A stretch of DNA of 64,000 nucleotides from Cycas panzhihuaensis (taxonomy: Eukaryota; Plantae; Cycadophyta): NCBI GenBank assembly GCA_023213395.1, contig CM041465.1, forward strand, positions 225,253,741 to 225,317,740, read 5' to 3'. The notes under the pieces were generated by a model. That model had not been told where the DNA came from and did no database searches. It was given only the letters and a program-made list of their open reading frames with translations. This document shows positions 14,742-25,892 of the stretch, in pieces. Made by a program: the position numbers and the translations under genes. Position 1 is the stretch's first letter, and every line of letters begins with the position of its first letter.

Positions 14742-16186
14742 GGACAAAACTTAAAAAACACTTAATATTATTATTATTTATAGCTTGCAACTTGTTCAAA
14801 GTGTTAATTAGGAGATATTAAAGGTGAATGATCTTGTTTGGAATGTTTTAAATGGTAGTAGTTATATGACCATATAAAAATAATAAAAGTATCAGAATTT
14901 ATAAATCTATGATATTTCTTATCACATATTATTTATATGATATTGGTGTTTTAAAGGGGAATCTAGAATTCAATAATTAAAAAGTCATTATAACAAGGAA
15001 ACATAGAATCTCAATTTTATTTCTTAAAAATGTTATATTAATGAATGCATGAGAGATGGGGTTTATTATTAATAAGTACTTTATTTGCATCACATAGCAG
15101 ATTTATTAGCTATTAGAAAAGTTTTATCATATCTTATACAAAACAGTAAATAGAATATTAATGATTACTACTCATGATCATAATGAATATATCCTTCATG
15201 ATGATAGTTTTATTAATTTTCATTATACACAATCTAAGCATAGATCTTTGTTATGCTTTCCTTTAGTTTTATGTAACTTTTTAAATAAAGCTAAAATTTA
15301 CTTTTTTGTATGTCTTGTACATATATTTAACACAGGTAAACTTTAGAGATAATATATAACCAACTAGCATTATTAGCTTCAATGACATTATCCTTAATTA
15401 AAAAAAAAAATATTGTTCTTTTCGAGTGAATAGAATATGCTTAATCCTACTAGAAATTTCCTTTTTGTAAGACTTAGAGATGTCTTTATCTAACCAAGTG
15501 GATCAATTATTGTACTCTTCGGTGAGTGTGCTTTTCTTTTAATTTTCTCATTATTTTTATTAATGCCAGGCTTTCCATTTTCTTTAGGACTTGTTTTTTT
15601 ATTTTGGAGATATCCCCCTTGTTTTCCAATAAATATTGATTGATGTGCCAAAGATGAAGATTCTCTAGCTTTACCTTACATGTGCATGCAACAATAATTA
15701 ACATATTTACTAATGTATTCAACTTTCTTAAACAATAGCTTCCTCGTGAAAGATAATTTTTTTCAAGTAGGCTTCCATTCTTATCAAAAGAGGGTGAATT
15801 AGATTTTGATTTAAATATCCTCTTACTTCATACATCTGCATAACATCAGTGGTCCATTGGTAGATCTTCCAGGAACCTCACCACCCACACAAAAATTTAC
15901 TCGTTCTTACACACCGCCCTCACGATGCACTTAAATCCACAAAGGATCCTACAAAGTGTTATGGATGTTTGTAATAGTCAATTCTCTATTTTATTTTATG
16001 TAAACCTTTTACATCCATCCGAGGGACCACCTACGCTTCCAAAGCCTAGGGACTTCTACGACTTCCAGCCAGCGCATCAAAGGAGGGGTCAATTAATCCC
16101 CCTTCCATTGTCTAGAATTTCGTAATTGCCTTTATTTGGAAGATCCGCCAAACGTTGAAACCCCCGTGTGGGGATGTCGGTCCCAA

Positions 16187-16453
16187 CTTATCGGATAATT
16201 ATCGATCCTCGCATATTCAATAAACTGATTTATTGCTCATCACGTGAGAGGCAACGTGGGATGGCCAGGTGGCATCACGTGATTTGCCGGGACTTTGTCC
16301 TGTCTGGACACGTGTCCAATCGATCTTATCCAATGCCGTGTCTGATGTTGACCTGACGATTTGTAAATGGGACGTCGCATCAGGCATCACATCAACTGAC
16401 TCTTGCGAGTTGCGCGCCGTGTTAAGACGGAACCCAGGGTCAGCTTAGGGTTT
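16187..16453 (+). promoter_or_regulatory. Proximal promoter of the DRM1/ARP gene: G-box/ABRE cluster, TTATCC sugar-repression-like motifs, telo-box
   Basis: CACGTG at 16241, 16276 and 16309 (the last inside the perfect palindrome TGGACACGTGTCCA, 16305-16318); ACGTGG 16254; GGATAA 16193; TTATCCA 16326; TTAGGGTTT 16445. CpG-rich, unlike the flanking TE DNA. Confidence 0.65.
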
Positions 16454-16629
16454 GGTTTGACGGACTCCAACCAAATATTAATCATTCACTAATGACGGTA
16501 GCGTTTCCTTTAAAGGCGAAGAAGGAGATGGTCTCTGAATTCACGAATTTTTGCCAACGCGTTTGGGATTCTGAGTAAGGGGTGGTTGTGGGTACACGGA
16601 AAATTTGGTTAACAGAGGGGATTCGTATT

Positions 16630-16738
16630 ATGGGGTTGTTGGATAAGCTGTGGGATGATATTGTGGCCGGCCCCCAGCCAGAGAATGGCCTTGGCAAGCT
16701 TAGAAAGAGTGCTACAATGGGTACGGCGTCTTCTCCAG
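16630..16738 (+). CDS. DRM1: DRM1/ARP exon 1
   Basis: ATG at 16630, MGLLDKLWDDIVAGPQPENGLGKLRK..., donor GTTAGT at 16739. Confidence 0.93.
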
Positions 16739-18311
16739 GTTAGTTACTGAACTCCAATTTGACTGTGGGAGTTCTTTCAAATATTTGTTGCTTGGGTCGT
16801 AAAGGGTACTGGCAGGGGAAATGCCTAAAATTCTGGACATAGTTTTCTTCTTTCTAATTTTTGAATGCTTGCACTGGCACGGTAGGCCTAGTTTGGAATG
16901 GTTATACCTCCGAGATCTGTGCGGTTACTCTATAATGGCCACTGTGGGTTCCCTGTGGACTCTGGTAATGCCTGCAAGGTGTCTGGTTTATCCTCTGGCG
17001 AAGCGTGGTGGTTTGTGTTTGGTGGGGTTTCCGAGATGCGCCAGATTTGTCCTACGGGGCAGAATTTCTGCTGCGTGTGCTACTAATTTTAGCGAGATCT
17101 GTCCATTTAACCTTTGCAGGATCTGTTTATTTAGACCGTGGTTGGTTAAGTGGGTTCAATGGGCTGATACTGGTTCCAAAATGTGTCCCTTTATAGTGTT
17201 TGCCACATTTTTTGGGGAACCCCATTGTCCATCTTTAGAGTCTGCGAGTTACGTCTCTTTGATCTTAATTTTTTGGTTAAATGGATGTCCGTTTTGTTTT
17301 GCTTTTTGTAATTTTAAATTTCTTGCCTCGTTAAGGTTTTGGATCGCTCCTGTAAAATGAAATTCAGGATGCACATGACCAGTAAAATCTTGAGTTTCTA
17401 ACATTGCTGCGGCACCCTGCTGCTTGCATTGACCGAAATTTTTCAGATTTATCTCGAAGAATTTTCAATCCCCCTGCTTCTAATCTCTTCTAATTGGCGA
17501 AGTGGGTTCCCCAATGGGTTGGGGTGGTCTAGATTTAGTGGCATGCGCGCAGGGTGGGTTCTTAAGAGTTCTGTAATGTATCTCTATTCTGGGAGTGTGG
17601 CAAAGGGGTACCCCTTAAATGTATGTTTGCAATGTTCATGTTTTGTCACTGGTTATTGCATTGTGAAGTTGTGATGGATATTGATGAATAATGATTTGTA
17701 ATGGATTTTTATACCGTTCTCTGTTCTGATAACAGAGGTAGAAGAAACAGTAAGGAGAATTTCAGATAGAAGATCTAGTGTGGAAGATGCAGCTCGAATA
17801 ACACACAGTATTAGTATTGTGAAGCCGACTTATCTTCGGTCGCTTTCTGTGGATACCTCTGATTCCCCATCGTCTCCATCGAGCTCCAGCCCTCCTAGTT
17901 CACCTTCTGGTAAGTATAAATTGAACCAACCCCCAAATTTTATATGGATCAAATCTACAATTTCTCCGTGGCTTTCCTGCTGTATAATGCCATACAGAAG
18001 GTATTTTCTGAGTATATGATGATTGGAAATTGTTAATGGGATTCAGTGACACCACGAGAGAAGGAGAGTGCTTGGCGAAGTATCCATTCAAACAGAAATA
18101 AAGCTGCTGCTAAAAAGAAGGTGCCGTCGGAAACGTATGACAAAGCGGAACCCAGAAGCCCAACGGTTTACGACTGGTAATTAGTTACATATCTCATACT
18201 GCAAATGTTAAACCATTTTTGTCATAAAAGAAGGATTGGAGTCTTGTTCTGTAGATTTGATTGATGGGTATGGAACTATGCAGGGTAGTGATAAGTGCTT
18301 TGGACAGATGA
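16630..18311 (+). CDS. DRM1: Dormancy-associated/auxin-repressed protein (DRM1/ARP family; C-terminus of DRMH4 type), 4 exons, 146 aa: join(16630..16738,17736..17909,18047..18176,18284..18311)
   Basis: Spliced translation MGLLDKLWDDIVAGPQPENGLGKLRKSATMGTASSPEVEETVRRISDRRSSVEDAARITHSISIVKPTYLRSLSVDTSDSPSSPSSSSPPSSPSVTPREKESAWRSIHSNRNKAAAKKKVPSETYDKAEPRSPTVYDWVVISALDR*. Family signatures LWDDxVAGPxPxxGLGKLRK and SPTVYDW are present. All introns are GT-AG with matching phases (1,1,2); CDS is 441 nt. The symbol denotes the family, not proven orthology. Confidence 0.95.
17736..17909 (+). CDS. DRM1: DRM1/ARP exon 2
   Basis: Acceptor AACAG ends 17735; ITHSISIVKP plus Ser/Pro-rich tract; donor GTAAGT at 17910. 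Confidence 0.88.
18047..18176 (+). CDS. DRM1: DRM1/ARP exon 3
   Basis: Acceptor TTCAG ends 18046; TPREKESAWRS...SPTVYD; donor GTAATT at 18177. Confidence 0.92.
18284..18311 (+). CDS. DRM1: DRM1/ARP exon 4
   Basis: Acceptor TGCAG ends 18283; completes W then VVISALDR-TGA. Confidence 0.9.
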
Positions 18312-19392
18312 TGAATGAATTATTTATGGTGGCTGTTTATACAAGTCCATTCATTCACCTCAGCTGTCTGGGGTTGTTTGCCGATTAAGAATAGTCACGT
18401 AAAGAATGGGATCTGTGTACAGAGTTTGGAGCTTGTTCCACACAGATTGGAAACTGTGATACATGTTTTAGTAAATAAGGTTTGTGCTTGTTTATGGTGG
18501 TCCGTTTTCTGCGGGCCATTGGTGCAGGATTCCATACTGGGGAGACGAAATCTGAAATGGGGCCGAGCGAACCATTTCATAGGTTCCGGTGACATTACAT
18601 AAGGTAGAGAGCCGAATCCTCGGAGTTTCTGTAACAATGAGAGAGTAAGAGCTATGTCGGAACGGGGAGCGCTGCAGAACAATAATTGTTAGTGATGTAT
18701 ATAGCAGAGTGTAGATTTGGTAGCCATGAAAGGGATACCATGTGAAAAACAGGAAATCAGTATGGAGCATTTTACTTCTTACATCGATGGATACGCTCCA
18801 TGTTTATATGTTAAAAGGGCCCTGTGTTATATGGACGGTGCACCAGTTCGGCATATAGATCCATGGGAATGGATGGATGTGGTGGGCCCGAGGCATCTGT
18901 ACCTGTGTATATATTTATATTTTATCTATCTTGTTCAGGAAGCCATGTATCTTGTATAACGTATAAATCTGCAATGAGGTTTCCGAATCTGCTGAGGAAC
19001 TTCCGTTTCTGGCCTGCTTTAATTTTAGTGTGGAATGCATGAATCGTCTTTTCAGTAGTCGTGTTATATTGATAGCACTCATTGAGGGGGGCTACGTAAA
19101 TTGCAGTAATTACGACGGGTTAACGAAGTAATACACGTGTCGTTATTTCCCGAAGCGCAGTAAATGCCGTTTTATCTGATATCTTTGAGTACAAATTCAT
19201 GACTATTTGAAAATAAATGCAATAAATATGTTATGTTGAGTATTAATAACCGCCTGGAATGCAGGACTTGAATATTAATCACACGACGCTTTTAAACTCA
19301 AGTGCATTAAACGAAATGAATGTGGTCCATTTCGGTCAATGGAGGGTCACTGATAAAACTGGAATGGTAGATGACAGTTACGTCGGCAAAGA

Positions 19393-19655
19393 ATACGCCA
19401 AAAAAGGAAAACAAGGAATTAAGGGACAAAAAAAAAAAAAAAGGCACCCATCACGAATAATATATATTGCTGAGCAAAACTATGTGTCTACATAATTAAA
19501 GTAAAACACGTTATATTTTTTAATATATGAGCAAATAAGATACCAAAAAAAGAAAACAAGGAATTAAGGCAAAAAAAAGAAAATGGTGCCCGTCACGAAT
19601 AATATATATTGTAAAGCAAAAACTATGTATCTACATAGTCAAGTAAAACACGTTA
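19393..19655. repeat. Diverged direct duplication (about 120-bp unit, period about 146)
   Basis: ...GAAAACAAGGAATTAAGG...TCACGAATAATATATATTG...AGTAAAACACGTTAT occurs twice. Confidence 0.8.
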
Positions 19656-20719
19656 TGTTTACTATGGCACTTAAAGGGAAAAGGCATTGTAATTTTGGCT
19701 TTTGTTTCTAAAGACTTGCAAATTGGTTTTGGTTTGGCCCTCTTTTGTTTTTTTTAGTCTGTGGAAATATTGTGACTGTATTTTTAGTTTGTGGAAATAT
19801 TGTGACTTGGTTCATAGGAGGGAATGATAATAAAAACGACGATGAAATAAAATTTTGAGGGAGAAAAGTTTGTTTTTGTTACCAAGGGTCACTCCACGTC
19901 CGAATTGACAAAAATAAGGGCAAGAAAACATGTGGTCGATGATGTCCACCAAAGTAAAATGAAACCATCATGTGTGCTTGAGGATTGTATTAAAATGTAT
20001 AATGAGTCGGCGAATGTGTATATATAACAGGACATATACCATGCATGTCAATACGTAGCAGGAGGTATTTTGTTGATCAAATTTGAACGGTTGGTTTTCA
20101 ATTTTGGGTCAAAGATGCCTTTGTCCTTCTTGTCGTGTATAACTTTCTCATTCAAAAACAAGAAGGGGCACGTCGTTATAAACGAAACATTTGTTTGAAA
20201 AAGACAAAAACAAAAGTGGGGCTGTGTATTTTCACATATTTTTAAATATTAAATATTAAGAGTGTATGATATGTTTACTTGGAAAGGATATTTTTTTAGC
20301 TATAATAGTAAATGTTTGTGTTGACCGATGGCAAGATGGGCCGAATATCATTTTATTTGTATGGTGTTTTCTAATAGATGAGATGAGGACGATGGTATGG
20401 GAGTGATGGATATGATACGAATACGATGCGAAACTGGGAGGCGGAAATGGTTGTTGACTTGGCCATTGAACTTGTATTACCTCCATCAATTAACAAGATT
20501 ATTATCGATCAAGAGTTACACCAAGAGTGGTGTATCGTTCGAATTACTAGTTATCAAGAGTCATCTTTATCAATAGACATTATTTATTGAATGTCAAATA
20601 TTATGAGTTATGTTTTTAAAAGTTTTATATTTAAATAGGGGTTAATATATAATAATTATAAAATATTTTAATGATGAATTAAAAAAAGAAAATCTATATT
20701 TATGGTGGTCGTTTTAATT

Positions 20720-20947
20720 TTTTTATTTTTGATTGATATTGTTTTGGGTGATTTGTTTGTTTGTATGGTGATTTTGTAGAGTTGATACAAAACATATAAT
20801 GGCAATTGTGTTATGGTAACAGAAAAAACTATGTTTTTATTTTTGATTGATATTGTTTTGGGTGATTTGTTTGTTTGTATGGTGATTTTGTAGAGTTGAT
20901 ACAAAACATATAATGGCAATTGTGTTATGGTAACAGAAAAAACTATG
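20720..20947. repeat. Perfect tandem duplication, 2 x 114 bp
   Basis: GATTGATATTGTTTTGGGTG... at 20731 and 20845; copies appear identical. Confidence 0.92.
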
Positions 20948-21015
20948 TAACATAGGGTTTTGTTAGCGAGTGTCAATATGAGGTTGTATGGATGTTAATT
21001 TAGTTAGTGGAGGTC

Positions 21016-21058
<43 letters not shown>

Positions 21059-21083
21059 ATGATAACATAAAAGAATTAATATC

Positions 21084-21114
<31 letters not shown>

Positions 21115-21180
21115 GATAGCATAAAAGAATTAATATGGGTTTTGGTAGGATTCCAAAATTCATTACATTGAAGTCATCCC

Positions 21181-21427
21181 TTGGGCATAAATAGAATCAC
21201 CTCTTGGGTACAAAATAGAATGGCCATTGACAAGTTTCATGATCCTCGAGTGTTAGTCAATTGGGCACAAATAGAATCGCCTCTTGGGTACAAAATAGAA
21301 TTGGCCATTGACAAGTTTCATGATCTAGTTGAAGTGTTAGTCAATTGGGCACAAATAGAATTGCCTCTTGGGTACAAAATAGAATGGCCATTGACAAGTT
21401 TCATGATCTAGTTAAGTGTTGGTCAAT
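21181..21427. repeat. Minisatellite, 3 x about 80-84 bp with internal TTGGG(C/T)ACAAA(A)TAGAAT sub-repeat
   Basis: Units start at 21181, 21261 and 21345. Confidence 0.88.
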
Positions 21428-21559
21428 CCAAAACATACACGCCTCTTGCTTGAGCATAGCGTTTTAACTCTGTTGCCTCTTGCCTCTCATGGACTTTTTT
21501 CTCTTCAACTAGTCTTAAAATGTCCTCGAGAAGGTCCTCTTTCCACGCCATAAACCTTT

Positions 21560-22600
21560 TATGATTCGACTCCCTAGTTTGCCAATTTGTCTACCACTAG
21601 ATATGTCTAAGTTGCATAGCATCAACTTCTTTCAAACATTTTTGAGTCCCTAATTAAAATTTTGGTTCTCTAGTTAAGATCGGTTGAATCTTTGAGGAGA
21701 TTGATCATGTCTGAAGAGACCTCTTTTAGAATTATTTTATCATGGCTTCAATATGTAACAAAGTTCAAAGTTTTCATCATGGCTATCATTTCAACCCCAT
21801 AGTTAGTTTGTTGACCATAGTATAGTCAACAAAAGTCCACTTTTCACCCTTTGTAGTATTTCTACAGATACCCCCTCCCTTGGCTTCTCTAGGGTTATCT
21901 TTTAAGGTCTTGTCAAAATTAATTTTTATCCACGATTTTTCGGGTGGGGGTCTAGGAGCAAGACCTTTTGTGCTCTTTTTGAATCTTAAGAGTAATCTCC
22001 CATTTTTTAATATGTGGTTCTCTTGGACCGAATTTTTTTTTTCATCCTTGGGTTTTTCATTCTTTCTCATTTTGAAGTGAATGATGCTGAAAAAATTTTG
22101 AATTCATTGAGTTGTTTGTTTTGAAAGTCATATTTCTTTTCTTTCATAGATTCCACATCACTACTGAAAGGGAAATTCGTCAAATGTTAGATAGGGATAT
22201 GCTCATGAAGGGGCTATATGTTAGGATAGCCATTGCTCCACCAAAGTTTCAAGGTGCACCCAATGGATTTCGAACAGGGCCATTACTAGCTTTTGCATTT
22301 TTTTTAGCATATTTACAGTGAGAGAATATGGTCTTCTGTTTCCTCCTCAATTCAGTAAAAGAGCACACCTGTTGGGCATCACAAACCCCTCTTCTTGAGA
22401 TCATCAATTGTGAGAATTTTGTTTTTCAAATACACCCATCTAAACACAACAATCTTCAGTTATAGGTCCAATTTTTAGATCCTTTCTAGGAGTGGGTTCT
22501 TTTGGTCCCCCCCATTCAAGACATAGGTAATGGTATTCTTGCTTCACAAAGTAGTCACCCAGACAGGATTGAGGGCCATACCATAAGGTCTGCGTCCTCT
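21560..22600 (-). mobile_element. LINE ORF2 3' fragment (zf-RVT + RNase H)
   Basis: On -: KNKILTIDDLKKRG...EEETEDHIL (about 22320-22430), then PPPEKSWIKINFDKTLKDNPREAKGGGICRN (ORF 21786-22070), the plant L1 RNase H pattern. Confidence 0.8.
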
Positions 22601-23221
22601 TTTCTTGAGATATAACGCCTTTCGATTTTCATCAAATCTAACATTTTTAATATTGTAAGGGTAGATATTTATTGGTGTGTTTTATTGTCTAATTTGAGTG
22701 ATTTCATTGTCAAATTCGATATTTTTAAATATTATAAGGGTAGATATTTATTGGCGTGTTTTATTGTCTAATTTGAGCGATTTTAATTATTTAGTAAGAT
22801 AAATTTGTTAACAATAATAATAATAATAATAATATTTTATTTTTAAATATTTTTATATACAAAATAAATATTTATGTATAAATATATATTTTTTTTAATT
22901 TTTATTTATTTTTGCAATGTGGTGTAGAATATATATTTATGTTGGGCTGATGGGCATATATTCTATATGGTGTTTGAAACTTTTAGGTTTCAATTTCAAT
23001 GGGAGGTTATAAGAGGAGCATTGGATGAAAGGGTGATAAATTTCGATAGATAGGAATTTGATTTTATTTGATTTAATTTGTTTGGTATATGTAGTGGGAA
23101 AAAAAAATATTTATAAAATTAAATACACAAATTCAATTAGAATTGTTTATCAAAATAAAAATATAAATTAATAAAAATAAAATTAAAATAATTTAAATAT
23201 AAAATTTTTAAAATATAAATT

Positions 23222-23291
23222 AAATTATATATATTAAAATAATTTTTAAAGCATGTCAATTTTATTATTATTTTTAATTTAAACAATAACG

Positions 23292-23347
<56 letters not shown>

Positions 23348-23622
23348 AATTATATATTAATTTAAATCAATTTTACAATATTTTTAAATATTATTTTTAT
23401 TTTTATTTTTATAAAATTGTTGAAATATAAATAAAGTAAAAATAAAGGTAATAGAAATGTTTGAAAATATTGTGGAGTTGATTTGAATTAATATATAATT
23501 TTAATATTGAATTGGTATATAATTTTAATTTATCATTATAAAAATATGTTCAATATTGTTGTTTAGGTTGGATAGGATAATGGAGTTAGACATGTTCTAA
23601 AAATTATTTTAATATATATTAT
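23222..23622. repeat. AT-rich foldback element (MITE-like inverted repeat) with a (TA)n tract in the left arm
   Basis: TATATATTAAAATAATTTTTAAAGCATGTC pairs with GACATGTTCTAAAAATTATTTTAATATATA; 23342-23391 pairs with 23457-23506. Confidence 0.75.
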
Positions 23623-24239
23623 TTGTAAAAGCATCTTTAACATTACTTTGAATGTTATTTTGTTTTACATCATTAACAACAAAAAAAACCTTTTTACCAG
23701 GAATGCTTTTGCTTTCACTTTGTTTTCATTACCATGGACATTTGCTTTTCCTTTGTTCTCGTTACTATGGATAACTAGTAGCATTTAGTTCTTACAATGT
23801 ATTGATATACATTAGTCTACTAAAAAAAAAAAAGGCCACAAGTAATCTACATTTTTTAAGAGTGGTGGTCATATAATCATTGATCATATTATTATAAAAT
23901 ATGTATTTATTATTTAATTAAGATCATTGGTATCTCTTTTAACATCAACCAATAAAGAGAAAATAAATAGCATGCAAAGATGAGGGAAAATTGAATTTGG
24001 CAAATATTAGATTTAATCTACAAGGAGAAAGGAATGTCATGTAATAACAAAGCCTCCTAATTTGCTAATAATCCTGCTTATGGGCAAAAGATAATGGTAA
24101 CAAGCTCTTTTGTAATCCTTCTTATGAGAAGGGCAAAATCTCAAAGTTACCAATAATTTAGGGGCAACAACAACAAATAATAATGTGACATGGCTAAAAA
24201 TGTAGATGAATGAAAATTGGTTTGAGTTTCAACACAACC

Positions 24240-24720
24240 CATATGTAGTCCTCTTAGGATTTTAGAGAAGGTGAATGAATAGGGATGAAGTGACAATTGC
24301 AGTCAAACCCACTTGAAGGTGAGCAAGGAGGCTATAGGTGACGACAACATATTCCATCGATGTGGCCCATCTTGTCCATGATGTAGTGGAGGTGAGCAAG
24401 GGTTTAAACAATCAACATTATCTAGGTTGTGAGGTGAAAAAGAGGAGGGAGTAAGAAGGTAGATGCATGAAGATTGACCAAGTTTCACCATAGCATTTGT
24501 GTAATTCATTAAGGTTGTAAAGGAAGCAAGGAAATAGGTGTTGACAAAACTCCATTTAGAAACAAATGAGAAAGTTCTCGTGGATGGAGATGCGAGCAAA
24601 GAAGGTAGCGATGTCATTCCATAGTTTAGCCAAATGAAGCAGTTATGATGAGGAGCAATGGTGTGCTCAAATAGAGAGATAATCAAACGACAAATTGCAG
24701 AAGAGTTTGAATTGAAAGTG
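24240..24720 (-). pseudogene. Possible decayed Plant Mobile Domain fragment
   Basis: Across frames, in PMD order: LIISLFEH..PHHNCF, WNDIATFFARISIH, CIYLLTPSSFS, YSLLAHLQVGL...IHLL. Weak. Confidence 0.3.
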
Positions 24721-25494
24721 ATGATGATTAGTTTTATTGGAGGATAGGGCCATGTAGTACAAAGTGCATGGCAAAAGGGTTGAGTGATAAAGTAAAGTTG
24801 GTGGGATAAGGGTTGAGTGATAAAGCATAGTTGGGGGGACATCCTCATAGGTTTAGGATGCAAGAGAAAATGGGATGCAAGTGGGACAACAATGTTTCTA
24901 AATGAGTTGTAAGGAGGCAGATAAGGTGATGTGCTCCATTGCTGAATGACTCCTTTCTATGTTTGATTTAAATGAAACCCTTGAAATTGGGTTTTGCTTG
25001 GAAACTATAAGGCTTACGAGAGTACAATGATCAATGGCCTAACTTGGTTTGTTAGTTTCAATTGATTTATGGTTTTTTTAATCTTCAAGGTGTTGTTGGT
25101 TGGAGTTGGCAATAAGGACATTGTTATGTGTGGCCAATATAGCATGATGTTTTTCTAGGTTCTTGGTTGTCAATTGCATCAATTAGGTGTTTTATCTAGT
25201 GCTTTAGTTGTGATGGGGATTGTATTGGGAGATGATAAGGGCTTACATCCCTTGCTTTCCTTGCAAGGGAAGATCTTGTTAACCTTCTTAATTTTGCAAC
25301 CCACTAAAATTGGCTCAATTTTGTTCTGGTGGTCAATGGCAGGTTTCTCTATATTTTTTAGGGTTTCGGTTGTTGAAATGTTAGTGGTTAGTGGACTTTG
25401 TGGTTATTAATTGAGTTGCTAAGATTGTGTTACATAACCACTCGTAATCTATGGAACTTTTTGCTTGCAATCTACAACACTTTTGTTAGGATTG

Positions 25495-25892
25495 TGTTAC
25501 ATAACCACTTTATAGTCTATGGAACTTTTCGCTTGCTCATGTGATCGAGGCTCTCGATGGTTAGTGTTAATCATTAACTTGGGTGCACAAGGTTGTTTGT
25601 GACCATTAATAGAATTCAAGATTGTTTGTCCTATCAATGGCATTGGTCAGAAGGAGGTCTTATTTTCTATTTAAAGTTTTTGATGTTTTTAAAGGAAAGT
25701 TGTGTATTTTGAATCTCATATGAGATTGTGTTTGGGTATAGTTTGGTGTTCTTAAGTTCTTTTTAGTGTCTTTGTAGTGTTTAATTTGTGTGTTCTACAT
25801 CATGAATAAAAGTGGGTCAATTTACCTCCATATTATCTTTTGCATTATCTGCATTGTAAAGTTGAAGAAGATGATTGGAAAGGAACTTCTAA
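25495..25892 (+). repeat. 5' LTR of the outer chromovirus, followed by a decayed tRNA-iMet PBS (25894-25904)
   Basis: Aligns with 60688-61087 at roughly 70-75% identity by eye. Confidence 0.85.

Noticed and set aside
16821-17674. 179-aa ORF and neighbours
   Set aside because: They lie inside DRM1/ARP intron 1; T-rich composition and no recognisable domain.
18315-19042. Several short ORFs after the DRM1/ARP stop
   Set aside because: 3' UTR/downstream sequence with no motifs; overlapping on both strands.
20668-20976. 102-aa ORF with an internal repeat
   Set aside because: By-product of the 114-bp tandem duplication.
21181-21427. Regularly spaced repeats as a CRISPR-like array
   Set aside because: Whole units repeat with no unique spacers, in a eukaryotic context; this is a minisatellite.
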